64,000 bases of DNA from Candidatus Saccharimonadales bacterium (GCA_038230395.1 JBBRNI010000005.1:834-64833), one strand, 5' to 3'. Positions 1 through 9,708 are shown, counted from the stretch's first letter. Numbers and translations are program-made. The notes: generated by a model not told the origin, from the letters alone.

Positions 1-886
1 AAATCGCTGCAACGCCAGCTACCAAACTTGTGAGCAGGTTAAGAATATTTGTACTGGCAGCTTGGCTTTGATTTTGCTTGAGCACACTAAAATCACCTTG
101 GCCGCCATGCAAATCACCAAGTTTAGCACTAATCGCACGTACTGTTTTGTCTGACATATTTGCCTGCTTTGGCTTGGCTAAAATTTCATAAATTGAGGCT
201 GTATTTTTAGTAAGTACTTGAGCTTGGCCATTGGGAATGAAAATCGCGTTATTAAAGTTCGCATCTTGGCTAAGCGGCGTTGTGTCAAAGGCTTTCATGA
301 TGCCTCGAACCATAAACTGTTGATTATGAAAGGTGAATGAACGCCCTAATGGAACTTTTTCGTTGAACATTTTTTCGGCTGCCACGCTACCCAATACTGC
401 TACCTGTTCGCTATCGTCATCATCAGTAAAAAACGCTCCATATTCAACCGGTTGATTAAGTAACGTCGGTAAGTCGGCTGTAGTACCAAGTACCAACCCA
501 CCATTGTAATTACCAGTGTCGGCCTTGACGCTTCCGGCTACAGCGGTTAAGGGCGAGGCAGCGGCAACCTCTGGCAACCCACGTACGCTTGCCGCGTCAG
601 CTGCCGACAAAGAACCCGTGATGGGAGTGCCCGAAAGTAGTGAAACGTTATTAGTATTGAGGCCATCACCAAGCTGCAGTTGCGCCGGACGGACGGTAAT
701 AAGGTCAGAGCCTACATGGCGGATCTGCCCGCTAATTTGTTGCTTAACACCCTCACCAATGCTGACAATTGTAATAACCGAAGATACGCCGATAATCACG
801 CCTAGCATAGTCCAAAAATTACGCCACTTTGCTCGGCGCATAGAATCTAGACCAGTTTTCAGATGGCCACGAGTCAAGGATTTCAT
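1..886 (-). CDS. ABC transporter permease, MacB/FtsX family (N-terminal part; C-terminus runs off the left window edge)
   Basis: Own minus-strand translation from ATG 886..884 gives MKSLTRGHLKTGLDSMRRAKWRNFWTMLGVIIGVSSVITIVSIGEGVKQQI..., a TM helix followed by a MacB-type extracytoplasmic domain. The start overlaps the ATPase stop by 4 nt (ATGA, 883..886). It is absent from the ORF track because it is open at the edge. Confidence 0.85.
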   Translation of the reverse strand, partial: MKSLTRGHLKTGLDSMRRAKWRNFWTMLGVIIGVSSVITIVSIGEGVKQQISGQIRHVGSDLITVRPAQLQLGDGLNTNNVSLLSGTPITGSLSAADAASVRGLPEVAAASPLTAVAGSVKADTGNYNGGLVLGTTADLPTLLNQPVEYGAFFTDDDDSEQVAVLGSVAAEKMFNEKVPLGRSFTFHNQQFMVRGIMKAFDTTPLSQDANFNNAIFIPNGQAQVLTKNTASIYEILAKPKQANMSDKTVRAISAKLGDLHGGQGDFSVLKQNQSQAASTNILNLLTSLVAGVAAI

Positions 887-1764
887 TTTTTGACCTTTCG
901 AGTGGTGCTGGTTTTCGACTTAGGTTTAGACTGTGCGGCTTTTTTAGTTTTACCACGGTTACGTGCTCCTGGCTTGCTGGGCAAGGCTTTCATTAATGCT
1001 GATACGCCAGCCATATCATCATCTTCTGAGGTTGTAGGCAAGGTATACAGGACTTTGCGAGCCTTACTTGCAACTTGGCCAAGAGCGGTTTTTTCGTCGT
1101 GTATAATTCCTCCGTCATGCATATATACGACCCTAGTGGCGTAGCGGGTAAGCTCTGGGTTATGAGTTACAAACAGTATGGTGTTACCCATTTTATGGAT
1201 CTCGCTCAGCAATTCCATTACGAGACGGCTTGCAGCGCTGTCTAAATTACCGGTCGGTTCATCGGCGATAATAAGTTTTGGATTATTAACTAAAGCGCGG
1301 GCGATCGCCGCGCACTGAGCTTGGCCTCCGCTGAGTTGATTTGGCAGGTAATATTCGCGGTTCTGAATGCCAACACGCTCCAGCATTTGGCTAGCTTGCT
1401 TTAGGCGCTTACCAACTGATAGTCCCTTGTACGTTAGTGGTAGGGCAACATTTTCGAGCACATTTAGCCTTGGCAACAGATTGAACGATTGAAAAATGAA
1501 ACCGATCCTATCACGTCGGATCTTGGCTGCCTGGTTAGGACGCAGCCGCCCGACTTTTTTGTCATCAAGGTTATAAGTACCATGGCTTGGACGGTCGAGC
1601 AGGCCAATAACGTTCATAAGTGTACTTTTACCACAACCGCTTGGGCCCATAATCGCCACGAACTCACCATGTTCGATAGACAAGTTGATCTCGTCGAGAG
1701 CTAGGGTTGTAGCATCTCCGAAACCATACAGTTTACTGACGTTTTTTAATTCTATAACTGCCAT
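883..1764 (-). CDS. ABC transporter ATP-binding protein (MacB/LolD type) with basic C-terminal tail
   Basis: Walker A GPSGCGKST, signature LSGGQ and Walker B LIIADEPT. There is a ~55-aa Lys/Ser/Thr-rich C-terminal extension (..RNRGKTKKAAQSKPKSKTSTTRKVKK). Confidence 0.95.
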   Translation of the reverse strand: MAVIELKNVSKLYGFGDATTLALDEINLSIEHGEFVAIMGPSGCGKSTLMNVIGLLDRPSHGTYNLDDKKVGRLRPNQAAKIRRDRIGFIFQSFNLLPRLNVLENVALPLTYKGLSVGKRLKQASQMLERVGIQNREYYLPNQLSGGQAQCAAIARALVNNPKLIIADEPTGNLDSAASRLVMELLSEIHKMGNTILFVTHNPELTRYATRVVYMHDGGIIHDEKTALGQVASKARKVLYTLPTTSEDDDMAGVSALMKALPSKPGARNRGKTKKAAQSKPKSKTSTTRKVKK

Positions 1765-1907
1765 TTGTCTACACAGTTTAAACTGGTACCACGCTTCGCC
1801 GCAAGCACCTTTATATTAATTTTGTCATTTTATTCATGCTTATGCAAATATATAGTACAAGCATGTGTCCCCTGATTAGCATTTTATCTGTATAATACTC
1901 GGAATGC

Positions 1908-1995
1908 GGAGGGGTCGCATAGTGGCCTAGTGCGCCATCTTGGAAAGGTGGTAAGGGGCAACCCTTCGAGGGTTCAAATCCCTCTCCCTCCGCCA
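1908..1995 (+). tRNA. tRNA-Ser (anticodon GGA)
   Basis: 88 nt folded by hand. Acceptor GGAGGGG/TCCCTCC and a 3-bp D stem. Anticodon stem CCATC/GGTGG with loop TTGGAAA. Long variable arm AAGGG-GCAA-CCCTT, T arm GAGGG-TTCAAAT-CCCTC, encoded CCA. Confidence 0.9.
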
Positions 1996-2002
1996 TAATC
2001 AG

Positions 2003-2833
2003 CTATTCAAACTGTTTTGCCAAGGCAAATGTAGCTAGTTCAGCGACAGCCGTCCACATTGTTTGCTTTGGCACATATGAATTATCAATCACAATGGGCA
2101 ACGGGGATGGCTCAGATTGCCATGATTCTGCAATAATCTTCTGGGCCGATTGCTCGCCAGGTACATAGGATACGTGCGTTTCTGGCCACCAAAATGGCCA
2201 CTCAGCCCGGCTGCGATCAAGCGCTCTTCGGTGGGCTATATTTTCGACAATTGGCGCTAACTGCTCATTTGTAGGATGCTTAACACCGCTCCCTAGTAGC
2301 ACTCGAGAAGCAGCCACTGATGGTTCGCAGGTCATATATATATCTAAAATTGTTTTAGTAGTCACGCCCGGTACGCGCACATGTTCTTCCACGTGACGAC
2401 GAGGGTTTCGACCATCTAGTATCATTACCTTCGCGCCGGCCGCGGCAGCTTGCTTAACCGACTGAACGTACCAATCAACTGCGGCTTTCTGAGCTATCGG
2501 CAACTCACCGAGTAGTGACACCGAGCTCGATATAGCGGGGCGTTGTAAATCTCCCAGCGCTGGGTCAACTCTGAAGGCACCACCGTTTTCATACAGCTCA
2601 GTCGCGGCAGCTTCCAGTTCAGCGCGATCTGGCAGATCATCATGTTCATCCAGCTCTAACTGTCGACGTATAATTGCCACATAGCGCCTAAAAAAATCTC
2701 CCGCCACATCATAATAAATAGGAATGCCCTGGGTTTTCAGGGCCTTGGCAATGGCTTCGCTGGCGGCACCTTTGCCGGTCTTGGTTTCGCCTTCTATGTA
2801 GATGGCTAGCAAGTCGCCAGAATTTTGACTCAT
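2003..2833 (-). CDS. P-loop kinase-like protein, function unresolved
   Basis: The ORF is 2003..2851. The second Met (2833) is preferred because it leaves a divergent gap to xth. A GETKTGKG P-loop-like motif sits near the N-terminus. No firmer family call is possible by eye. Confidence 0.5.
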   Translation of the reverse strand: MSQNSGDLLAIYIEGETKTGKGAASEAIAKALKTQGIPIYYDVAGDFFRRYVAIIRRQLELDEHDDLPDRAELEAAATELYENGGAFRVDPALGDLQRPAISSSVSLLGELPIAQKAAVDWYVQSVKQAAAAGAKVMILDGRNPRRHVEEHVRVPGVTTKTILDIYMTCEPSVAASRVLLGSGVKHPTNEQLAPIVENIAHRRALDRSRAEWPFWWPETHVSYVPGEQSAQKIIAESWQSEPSPLPIVIDNSYVPKQTMWTAVAELATFALAKQFE

Positions 2834-2880
2834 TGCTGCTAAGTCTAGCAAAATTACATACCCAAAGCTATACTGACGCT

Positions 2881-3678
2881 ATGAAGTTATACTCCTGGAA
2901 CGTCAATGGTATACGCGCTGTTCAGAAAAAGGGTTTGTGGGATCCATTTATCGCGGCGGAGCAGCCAGATATTATTTGCCTTCAAGAAATAAAAGCTAAA
3001 CCGGAACAGATTGACATAGATTTGCATGGCTATAAGGCCTTTTGGTTCTCTGCCGAAAAGCCAGGCTACAGCGGCACGGCAATCCTCAGCAAAATCGCTC
3101 CGCTGCAGGTTGTTAACGGCTTTCCAGATGACATTATTAAGCAGTACAACGTTACTGGCGATACCTACGGCAACCCCAATCAAGAGGGCAGGGTCATAGC
3201 CGCTGAATTTGACAAGTTCTGGATTGTGACAGTTTACACACCTAACGCTAAAGATGATCTAAGCCGTATTCCGCTGCGCTCGCAGCATTGGGATCCAGCA
3301 TTTTTAGCATATTGTCAGCAGTTAGAAACATCAAAACCAGTCGTCTTTTGTGGTGACCTAAATGTGGCCCATGCCGAAGATGATCTAGCGAATCCTAAGC
3401 CAAACCGTGGCAAAAAGGGTTTTACTGACGAAGAACGTCAGGGCTTTAGTAACTTTGTAGCAGCTGGCTTCGTCGACACACTCCGCCTGTTCGTGCAGGG
3501 CAACGGTCATTACAGCTGGTGGTCACACTTCGCCAAAGCTCGCGATCGTAACGTTGGCTGGCGCATTGATTACTTCCTAGTTTCTAAAAGCCTCAAAGGC
3601 AAGGTCAGCGCCGCGGCCATACACGCCAATGTTTTTGGCTCAGACCACTGTCCAGTATCTGTTACACTAGGTATATAA
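2881..3678 (+). CDS. xth: Exodeoxyribonuclease III (AP endonuclease)
   Basis: MKLYSWNVNGIRA at the N-terminus and ..GSDHCPVSVTL at the C-terminus are typical of the ExoIII/EEP fold. The start is taken at Met17 of track ORF 2833..3678. Confidence 0.9.
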   Translation: MKLYSWNVNGIRAVQKKGLWDPFIAAEQPDIICLQEIKAKPEQIDIDLHGYKAFWFSAEKPGYSGTAILSKIAPLQVVNGFPDDIIKQYNVTGDTYGNPNQEGRVIAAEFDKFWIVTVYTPNAKDDLSRIPLRSQHWDPAFLAYCQQLETSKPVVFCGDLNVAHAEDDLANPKPNRGKKGFTDEERQGFSNFVAAGFVDTLRLFVQGNGHYSWWSHFAKARDRNVGWRIDYFLVSKSLKGKVSAAAIHANVFGSDHCPVSVTLGI

Positions 3679-3687
3679 GGGTTCATC

Positions 3688-4194
3688 ATGAATGATCTCA
3701 TCAATCTAGTAAATGAACAGGGCGTTATAACTGGACGGATGGAACGTTCCGAGATGAAGGCCGACGATAGATGCCTAGCAGTGGCCCTATGGATCACTAA
3801 TAACCTCGGTGATGTTCTGCTAGCCAAGCGTGGCCCACGGCAAACCGTCAACCCAAACATGTGGAGCATAGCCGTCGAGGGTATGGTCGACATCGGTGAA
3901 GCGCAAAAAGATGCTGCTCAGCGTGAGGCTTTTGAAGAGTTGGGATTACGTAATCTAGACATTCCTGACGCCGTCGTTGGGCATATCAATCATGGCTCAA
4001 GTCGAGGCCTGCGCCATAAGCAAGTCTATGCCATCAGCGCCGGTATATCCGTAGATGACATTTTTCTAGAAGACAAAGGAGAAGTAGCTGCCATTAAATT
4101 TGTACCAACTGTCGAACTCCGGCCAATCTGGGAGGCCGAGCCTGACAGCTTCGTCGGGCATTTTCCACTATTCCTTGAGCTGTTCGATTTATAA
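3688..4194 (+). CDS. Nudix hydrolase
   Basis: Complete Nudix box GMVDIGEAQKDAAQREAFEELGL (GX5EX7REUXEEXGU). Confidence 0.85.
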   Translation: MNDLINLVNEQGVITGRMERSEMKADDRCLAVALWITNNLGDVLLAKRGPRQTVNPNMWSIAVEGMVDIGEAQKDAAQREAFEELGLRNLDIPDAVVGHINHGSSRGLRHKQVYAISAGISVDDIFLEDKGEVAAIKFVPTVELRPIWEAEPDSFVGHFPLFLELFDL

Positions 4195-4278
4195 GGTAGT
4201 TATAAGGTTATGATAGGCGCTAGGGTATAACATCTATCTGTTTAGTAGCAAACTTACCAGAGGTGGTACACTGGTGCT

Positions 4279-5211
4279 ATGAAGACTGAACTCATTCAAT
4301 TACTTGCGACCGATAAGCTAATGCTACCTGGCTTGCTATACACACCGGATAAACCTACCAAAAAAGCTGCTATTTGGTTACATGGCATGGGTGATAGCGG
4401 TATGTTCTATAATCCCAAGCGGATTAATGCTCTCGGTGCAGCGCTAACTGATCAAGGCATCGCATTTCTTAGTTTTAATAATCGTGGGGCGCATGATAAA
4501 AAGACACTGTCAATACAGGACGATAGCCTACCAAAAGCTGAACGCGACTTTCAAGGCGGCACTCACTACGAGTTAATCGTTGACTGTGTCAAAGACATAG
4601 ATGGCGCGGTTCAATTCTTGAAGGACAGAAAATATACCGAATTTTACCTAATTGGGCACAGCACAGGGGCAAACAAAATCTGTGTCTACAACCAACGTGC
4701 TGCCAAGAATCCATTTAGCAAATATGTCTTGGCTGGCCCCGGTGACGACAGCGGCTTGTTCTACTCAGAGCTAGGGGAAGCTTTGTTTACTAAAGCACTA
4801 GCCAAGGCCAAAGAACTCAAAAAATCTGGTAACAGACTGGTGATTATGCCAGAAGACAGTGGCATGCACCCGTTTAGTGCTCAGTCAGCCTATGACATTA
4901 TGAATCCCAACGGTGACTACAATACCTTTCCGTTTTACGAAGTTGCTACCAAGCGGCTTGGTACCAAAGCCTTATTTGAGGCCTACCGCAAGATCCGCAT
5001 TCCCATACTGACGGTTTACGGCGAAAATGATGAGTTCGCTTACACAGCTGGCACAGTCAGCGACGCCTTAATTATGCTTGAGGACAACACGCATGAAAGC
5101 ATAGTTAACGACTGCGGCTTCTTGACAATTCCGAATACTGATCACGGCTTTCACGGAGCGGAGGATACGTTCGCAAAAGCAGTGGCTGACTGGCTGGGCG
5201 GAAAGCGCTAG
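4279..5211 (+). CDS. Alpha/beta-fold hydrolase
   Basis: Nucleophile elbow GHSTG, an HG oxyanion-type motif (WLHGMGD) and a C-terminal DH pair (NTDHGFHG). Confidence 0.8.
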   Translation: MKTELIQLLATDKLMLPGLLYTPDKPTKKAAIWLHGMGDSGMFYNPKRINALGAALTDQGIAFLSFNNRGAHDKKTLSIQDDSLPKAERDFQGGTHYELIVDCVKDIDGAVQFLKDRKYTEFYLIGHSTGANKICVYNQRAAKNPFSKYVLAGPGDDSGLFYSELGEALFTKALAKAKELKKSGNRLVIMPEDSGMHPFSAQSAYDIMNPNGDYNTFPFYEVATKRLGTKALFEAYRKIRIPILTVYGENDEFAYTAGTVSDALIMLEDNTHESIVNDCGFLTIPNTDHGFHGAEDTFAKAVADWLGGKR

Positions 5212-5212
5212 T

Positions 5213-5947
5213 ATGACCAACCCCGATGAACAGCCGAGACCCTTCGCTGTCTTCGACATAGATGGCACAGTTATACGCTGGCAACTCTACCACGCCATCG
5301 TCGACGCTCTCCTGCGCCAGGGTTATATTGATGGCGAACGTTTCGAGGCGGTCCGTATCGCCCGTATGAGTTGGAAACGACGCGTCGGTAGTGATTCATT
5401 TAATGAGTACGAAGCTGAACTCGTCAAAGTCTTCAATGACGCGCTCAAAGGTTTACCAGTGAATATGCTCGAAATGGCCGCTCAAACTGTCTTTGGCGAA
5501 TACAAAGAACAAGTCTATGCCTATACACGCGATCTGATTCACGAACTAAAACAACAGGGTTATCTACTGTTTGTTATCTCTGGTTCGCCCTCGTTAATTG
5601 TCAAGAAACTAGCCGAATATTATGATTTTGATGACTATGCGGCCACTGAATACGTGCAACAGAACGGCTACTTCACAGGCGAAATAGATCAAACTATCGG
5701 CAAGAAGGGCGAATTATTACAGCAGCTCATGACCAAGCACAACCTGGAAACATCAGGTAGTATCGGTATTGGCGATAGTGAAGGTGATATCGCCATGCTA
5801 GAACTGTGCGAACGGCCGATAGCTTTCAACCCGAGCAAGGACTTGTTCAAGCATGCCCAAATTAATAAGTGGGAGATTGTGGTAGAACGCAAAAACGTTA
5901 TCTACAATCTTAGTGCCAAACAAGGGCATTACCATTTAGATAAATAG
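5213..5947 (+). CDS. HAD-superfamily hydrolase (subfamily IB, SerB-like)
   Basis: Motif I FDIDGTV and motif IV GDSEGDIAML, with a cap-domain-sized insertion between them. Confidence 0.8.
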   Translation: MTNPDEQPRPFAVFDIDGTVIRWQLYHAIVDALLRQGYIDGERFEAVRIARMSWKRRVGSDSFNEYEAELVKVFNDALKGLPVNMLEMAAQTVFGEYKEQVYAYTRDLIHELKQQGYLLFVISGSPSLIVKKLAEYYDFDDYAATEYVQQNGYFTGEIDQTIGKKGELLQQLMTKHNLETSGSIGIGDSEGDIAMLELCERPIAFNPSKDLFKHAQINKWEIVVERKNVIYNLSAKQGHYHLDK

Positions 5948-5962
5948 CTCGGAACCGTATCA

Positions 5963-6757
5963 ATGCAAGACTACTGGCTTAAACAACAACCCGATAAACC
6001 ACTCTACCCAGACTTATTGTGGAGCCGCCCAGAAAATAAGCTCCAAGCAGGTAAACTCCTCATTATTGGTGGCAATAGCCAAGGCTTCGCCGCGGCAGGG
6101 GAAGCCTTTGGTACAGCAAGCAAGGCAGGTGTAGGCACCGCGCGCGTCTTGCTACCTGTTAGCCTGCAAAAAACTGTTGGTCGTATTTTTGAGGTAGGTG
6201 AATACGCTGCCAGCACCCCGAGTGGTAGCTTTAGTAAAGCTGCCCTGGCTGAGTACTTAGACATGAGCCTCTGGGCAGATGGGGTATTGCTGGCAGGTGA
6301 TCTAGGACGCAATTCCGAAACCGCTATACTGCTTGAGTCATATCTCGACAAATATCCTGGTCAAGTCACATTAACTAGAGATGTCATTACGTACTTCGGC
6401 GAACTACCGACTGTGGTGCTGACTCGACCTAGAACGTTGTTGGTGCTCAGTATGTCACAATTACAAAAATTAGGTGTTAGCAGCCGTTTCACCATGGCCT
6501 TTACGCTGAGCATGGATCTGCTACGGCTCATTGAAAACTTACACGAGTTCACCAAACGCTACCCAATTGCTATCATCACCAAACACCACGATACGATCAT
6601 AGTTGCAGTGGATGGACTAATTAGTACGACCAAGCTCATAACCGACCTTAAGGTCTGGCGCTTGCTCACTGCTACTTACGCCAGTGTTTGGATGCTACAA
6701 AACCCTACTAAGCCGTTTGAGGCTTTGACTACGGCGGTTCATGAAGCCAGTCAGTAA
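5963..6757 (+). CDS. YjeF C-terminal / NAD(P)HX-dehydratase-like carbohydrate-kinase-fold protein (degenerate)
   Basis: LLIIGGNSQGFAAAGEAFGTASKAGVG resembles the N-terminal YjeF_C motif. The downstream kinase motifs are poorly conserved. Confidence 0.45.
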   Translation: MQDYWLKQQPDKPLYPDLLWSRPENKLQAGKLLIIGGNSQGFAAAGEAFGTASKAGVGTARVLLPVSLQKTVGRIFEVGEYAASTPSGSFSKAALAEYLDMSLWADGVLLAGDLGRNSETAILLESYLDKYPGQVTLTRDVITYFGELPTVVLTRPRTLLVLSMSQLQKLGVSSRFTMAFTLSMDLLRLIENLHEFTKRYPIAIITKHHDTIIVAVDGLISTTKLITDLKVWRLLTATYASVWMLQNPTKPFEALTTAVHEASQ

Positions 6758-6798
6758 GTGTCGCGTACTGCTCTAGTCAATGTCGTATACTACTACTT

Positions 6799-7890
6799 AT
6801 GCTTAGCAAAATAAATCGCGCCCATAAACTTGCGCCAATCTTGGCAATATCTGGCGTGATTATAGTAGGGTTACTACTGCTAAGTTTCTATTCATCTACG
6901 CATACGGACGTTAAGAGCGCTGCGAAATCTTCATATAATACGACGTTTCATTACAGCTGTAACACCGCAGACAAAACAAGCTTATCTTGCCAAGAGCAAA
7001 AGTACTCCGATATGACCAGCAGGCTGGGAGCAGTAGTCAGTTTCGCTGCACTTAAAAAAGCGTATAGCAGTGACGCGGCTACTAAAGCAAACTGCCATCA
7101 GATTACTCATGCCATCGGGCGTGCCGAAGCTGACAGTGTCAAGGATGTAGCCCAAGCCTACGCTCTGGGTGATAATTTTTGTTGGTCAGGTTATTATCAC
7201 GGCGTCATGGAATCAATTGTTATCCATATTGGAAGTAAAAAGATGAATGCCAATTTAGCGACTATCTGCGCGCCCCTGAAGGCACAAAAGCTGTATTCCT
7301 TCGCCCACTACAACTGCGTCCATGGGCTGGGACACGGCATCATGTACAATGACGGCAGCGAGCTTTTCACCGCCCTCAAAACATGTGATTTGCTTGAAAG
7401 CAGTTGGGAGCGTCAATCGTGCTACGGGGGTACCTTTATGGAGAATGAGATGGAAGAGGTCAATCCTGACCACACAACCGCTTACCTCAAAGCTGATGAG
7501 CCCATGTACCCATGTACGGCAGTCGATGAAACATACAAATACCAGTGTTATCTAATGCAAACTTCGCACGCGCTTAAGCTAGCGAACAGCGACTTCTCAC
7601 AAGTATTTACCGAATGCGCCGCGGTTGAATCAAACTTCGCGGCCGTCTGCTACCAAAGCCTCGGGAGAGACGCATCTGGCAACAGCATTAGTCAGGTTGA
7701 GCCAACAAAAACTAGCTGTATGTACGGCCCAGATCAAACGGCCCGCCAAAATTGCATTATTGGAGCCGTCAAAGATTTTGTTTCCTATTATCATAGCGAC
7801 CAGCAGGCAACACAGCTCTGTAACGCCCTAGATTCTTCATTGCAGCCAGTCTGCCAGACCACTACAGACAGCTACTACAAAACTTTGTAG
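6799..7890 (+). CDS. Membrane-anchored / secreted Cys-rich repeat protein, unknown function
   Basis: N-terminal TM or signal anchor (LAPILAISGVIIVGLLLLSF). It has 16 Cys, several in recurring C-[YVI]-x-G/H contexts (NCHQITHAIG, NCVHGLGHG, SCYGGTF, QCYLMQ, VCYQSLG, NCIIGAV). Confidence 0.6.
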   Translation: MLSKINRAHKLAPILAISGVIIVGLLLLSFYSSTHTDVKSAAKSSYNTTFHYSCNTADKTSLSCQEQKYSDMTSRLGAVVSFAALKKAYSSDAATKANCHQITHAIGRAEADSVKDVAQAYALGDNFCWSGYYHGVMESIVIHIGSKKMNANLATICAPLKAQKLYSFAHYNCVHGLGHGIMYNDGSELFTALKTCDLLESSWERQSCYGGTFMENEMEEVNPDHTTAYLKADEPMYPCTAVDETYKYQCYLMQTSHALKLANSDFSQVFTECAAVESNFAAVCYQSLGRDASGNSISQVEPTKTSCMYGPDQTARQNCIIGAVKDFVSYYHSDQQATQLCNALDSSLQPVCQTTTDSYYKTL

Positions 7891-8178
7891 CCACTGATAA
7901 TCGACTATCCACCAGCGTATTCCGGTGGGTTGTTCTGTTGCGGAAAGCGGCACTGGTACTCCCGTTCAAGTCCAGGGCATGTGGAGTACGAATCCAGAGC
8001 CCTTGCAGCTGACGGCTGACGTGAAGGTTGGTGCGGTTAGGGAGGCGTGGCATTACTCACTGAGCATGCGCCAAAATTGGTGCTCACGCAGTTGGGATGG
8101 TCATGGCCGCGGAGATGAATATAGAATGAGAATGCTGAGTCTTTTATTGCAAAAATCTAAGCACAAGTTCATACTCAG

Positions 8179-8427
8179 GTGCACACTATGAGTTCCAACG
8201 ATAGCTACATTGGCATCCTGCTTGAGGAGATCCGCGACCAGAACAAGGCCGTACTTGAAGCCGTTGGCGCAATGCAGCAACACGTGGCTACCATCCCGGC
8301 CCTGCATGAGAATCTCAGTGAACTCAAGGCTGACGTGAAAACCATCAAGGCCGCAGTCACCGCCACCAACGCCGATGTCTCAGGCTTAGACGGACGTGTG
8401 GCTCGGCTCGAGCAAGCGGCAACCTGA
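8179..8427 (+). CDS. Small coiled-coil protein, hypothetical
   Basis: 82-aa ORF (GTG 8179, or ATG 8188) with heptad-like sequence (LSELKADVKTIKAAV..RVARLEQ). A TTGCAA-17-CATACT promoter-like pair lies at 8147..8175. The ORF sits in a GC-rich patch, so coding status is uncertain. Confidence 0.4.
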   Translation: MHTMSSNDSYIGILLEEIRDQNKAVLEAVGAMQQHVATIPALHENLSELKADVKTIKAAVTATNADVSGLDGRVARLEQAAT

Positions 8428-8869
8428 CTTACAGCCCTAGGCGCCGACAGGAATCGGATCGTCCGCGGCAAGTAGCGGGAGCAACTGACTATTTGCTTCA
8501 GCGTCTAGCGCGTCAAATACCGCCTCAATCGCAACTTTAGTATCAGCGTGGTCTCTTCCTGCAATTGCAAGCGCATAGCAGAAGCGCTCGTAGCTAACTT
8601 TAGTTAACGGCGGGCCACGCACACTCCGTACTGATCAACCGGGAGACTATCTCGGAGCTTATTGACCGCGGCCGACACCTGGGTCCGACCGCCCCCCCGT
8701 GAGCGTCAACATCTGCACGCACCAAGTAACCCTTGAGAGAAACGCTCGAAACAACACAACAGAGGTGATCGGGAGAGCCAGGTCATTAGTTTGTCAGTTT
8801 GCAAGGTACCGAGCGGACACAAAAGCACCCCTGTTGTCAAGGGTGCTTAATGGTAATGGAAATCATTAT

Positions 8870-8880
8870 TGGTGGGCGAG
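8870..8880. repeat. Distal att-like direct repeat (copy of tRNA-Leu 3' end)
   Basis: Exact 11-mer TGGTGGGCGAG. With flanks, 15 of 16 positions match 13867..13882. Confidence 0.6.
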
Positions 8881-9001
8881 CTAGATAAAAGGTGGCACCG
8901 CTTTTTACCTTGTTTATACAGGACATACGAACGACTTGTCAGTCTAGGCTTCATGACGCGTGGTAGTCAGATTTACTACCCAGGCATTGAGGAGGTCGAG
9001 C

Positions 9002-9475
9002 ATGTTTAAACGCAACCGACCAGTAGGCGACTTTCAGACATCATGCCTACTTGACCAGGACACCTTCTACGACCGCTTTCTAAGTGATCTGAAGCACTGC
9101 AAACATGAAGCCATCATCGAGAGTCCGTTCATCACCAATCGACGACTCAACCAGCTCATGCCGACGCTGGAGAAGCTGAAGGCTCAGCGCGTCCGGCTGG
9201 TCATCAACACTAAAGATCCGGAACACCACGATGACGACTATTTTCGCACTGATGCTAGGCAAGCCATATCGCGGTTGCAACATATGGGAATCCATGTGCT
9301 GTTCACGGTCAGCCACCACCGCAAGCTGGCGATAATCGACCGCAAAATCCTATATGAGGGCAGTCTGAACATTCTATCTCAGAACGATAGCTGTGAGATC
9401 ATGCGCCGGATTGAATCAGTGCAGCTGGCCTGGGAGATGGCAGCGTTCATCAAGATTGACAGGTTTTTAAGATAA
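9002..9475 (+). CDS. Phospholipase D / HKD-family nuclease (Nuc-like, single HKD)
   Basis: HKD motif HHRKLAIID followed by EGSLN. A GAGGAGG Shine-Dalgarno precedes ATG 9002, which is Met15 of track ORF 8960..9475. Confidence 0.75.
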   Translation: MFKRNRPVGDFQTSCLLDQDTFYDRFLSDLKHCKHEAIIESPFITNRRLNQLMPTLEKLKAQRVRLVINTKDPEHHDDDYFRTDARQAISRLQHMGIHVLFTVSHHRKLAIIDRKILYEGSLNILSQNDSCEIMRRIESVQLAWEMAAFIKIDRFLR

Positions 9476-9489
9476 CGAGGTGTATAGTT

Positions 9490-9708
9490 ATGACTACTAT
9501 GAGCAATTACCACATTAGCGACGAAGACATTGAGGCGTCCATGCGCTACCTTAAATATCACGACCCGAAGCACGCCACTACGGCGGATGCCGAAAAGCTA
9601 CTTCATGACTTAAAGGCTGGTCACGCCAGAATTAGCGACCACGACCCAGCTGAGCTCGCTGAGCTACAAAAGGAAATTGATGGAGCAGCGCCCGAAGCGG
9701 ATGCCTAA
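9490..9708 (+). CDS. Small acidic hypothetical protein
   Basis: 72-aa ORF starting 14 nt after the HKD gene stop, on the same strand. No recognisable motif. Confidence 0.4.
   Translation: MTTMSNYHISDEDIEASMRYLKYHDPKHATTADAEKLLHDLKAGHARISDHDPAELAELQKEIDGAAPEADA

Noticed and set aside
516-1144. Plus-strand ORFs 516..893 and 863..1144
   Set aside because: They lie antisense to the well-supported MacB-type permease and ABC ATPase genes, and their sequences are Ala/Ser/Arg-rich without motifs. They are shadow ORFs.
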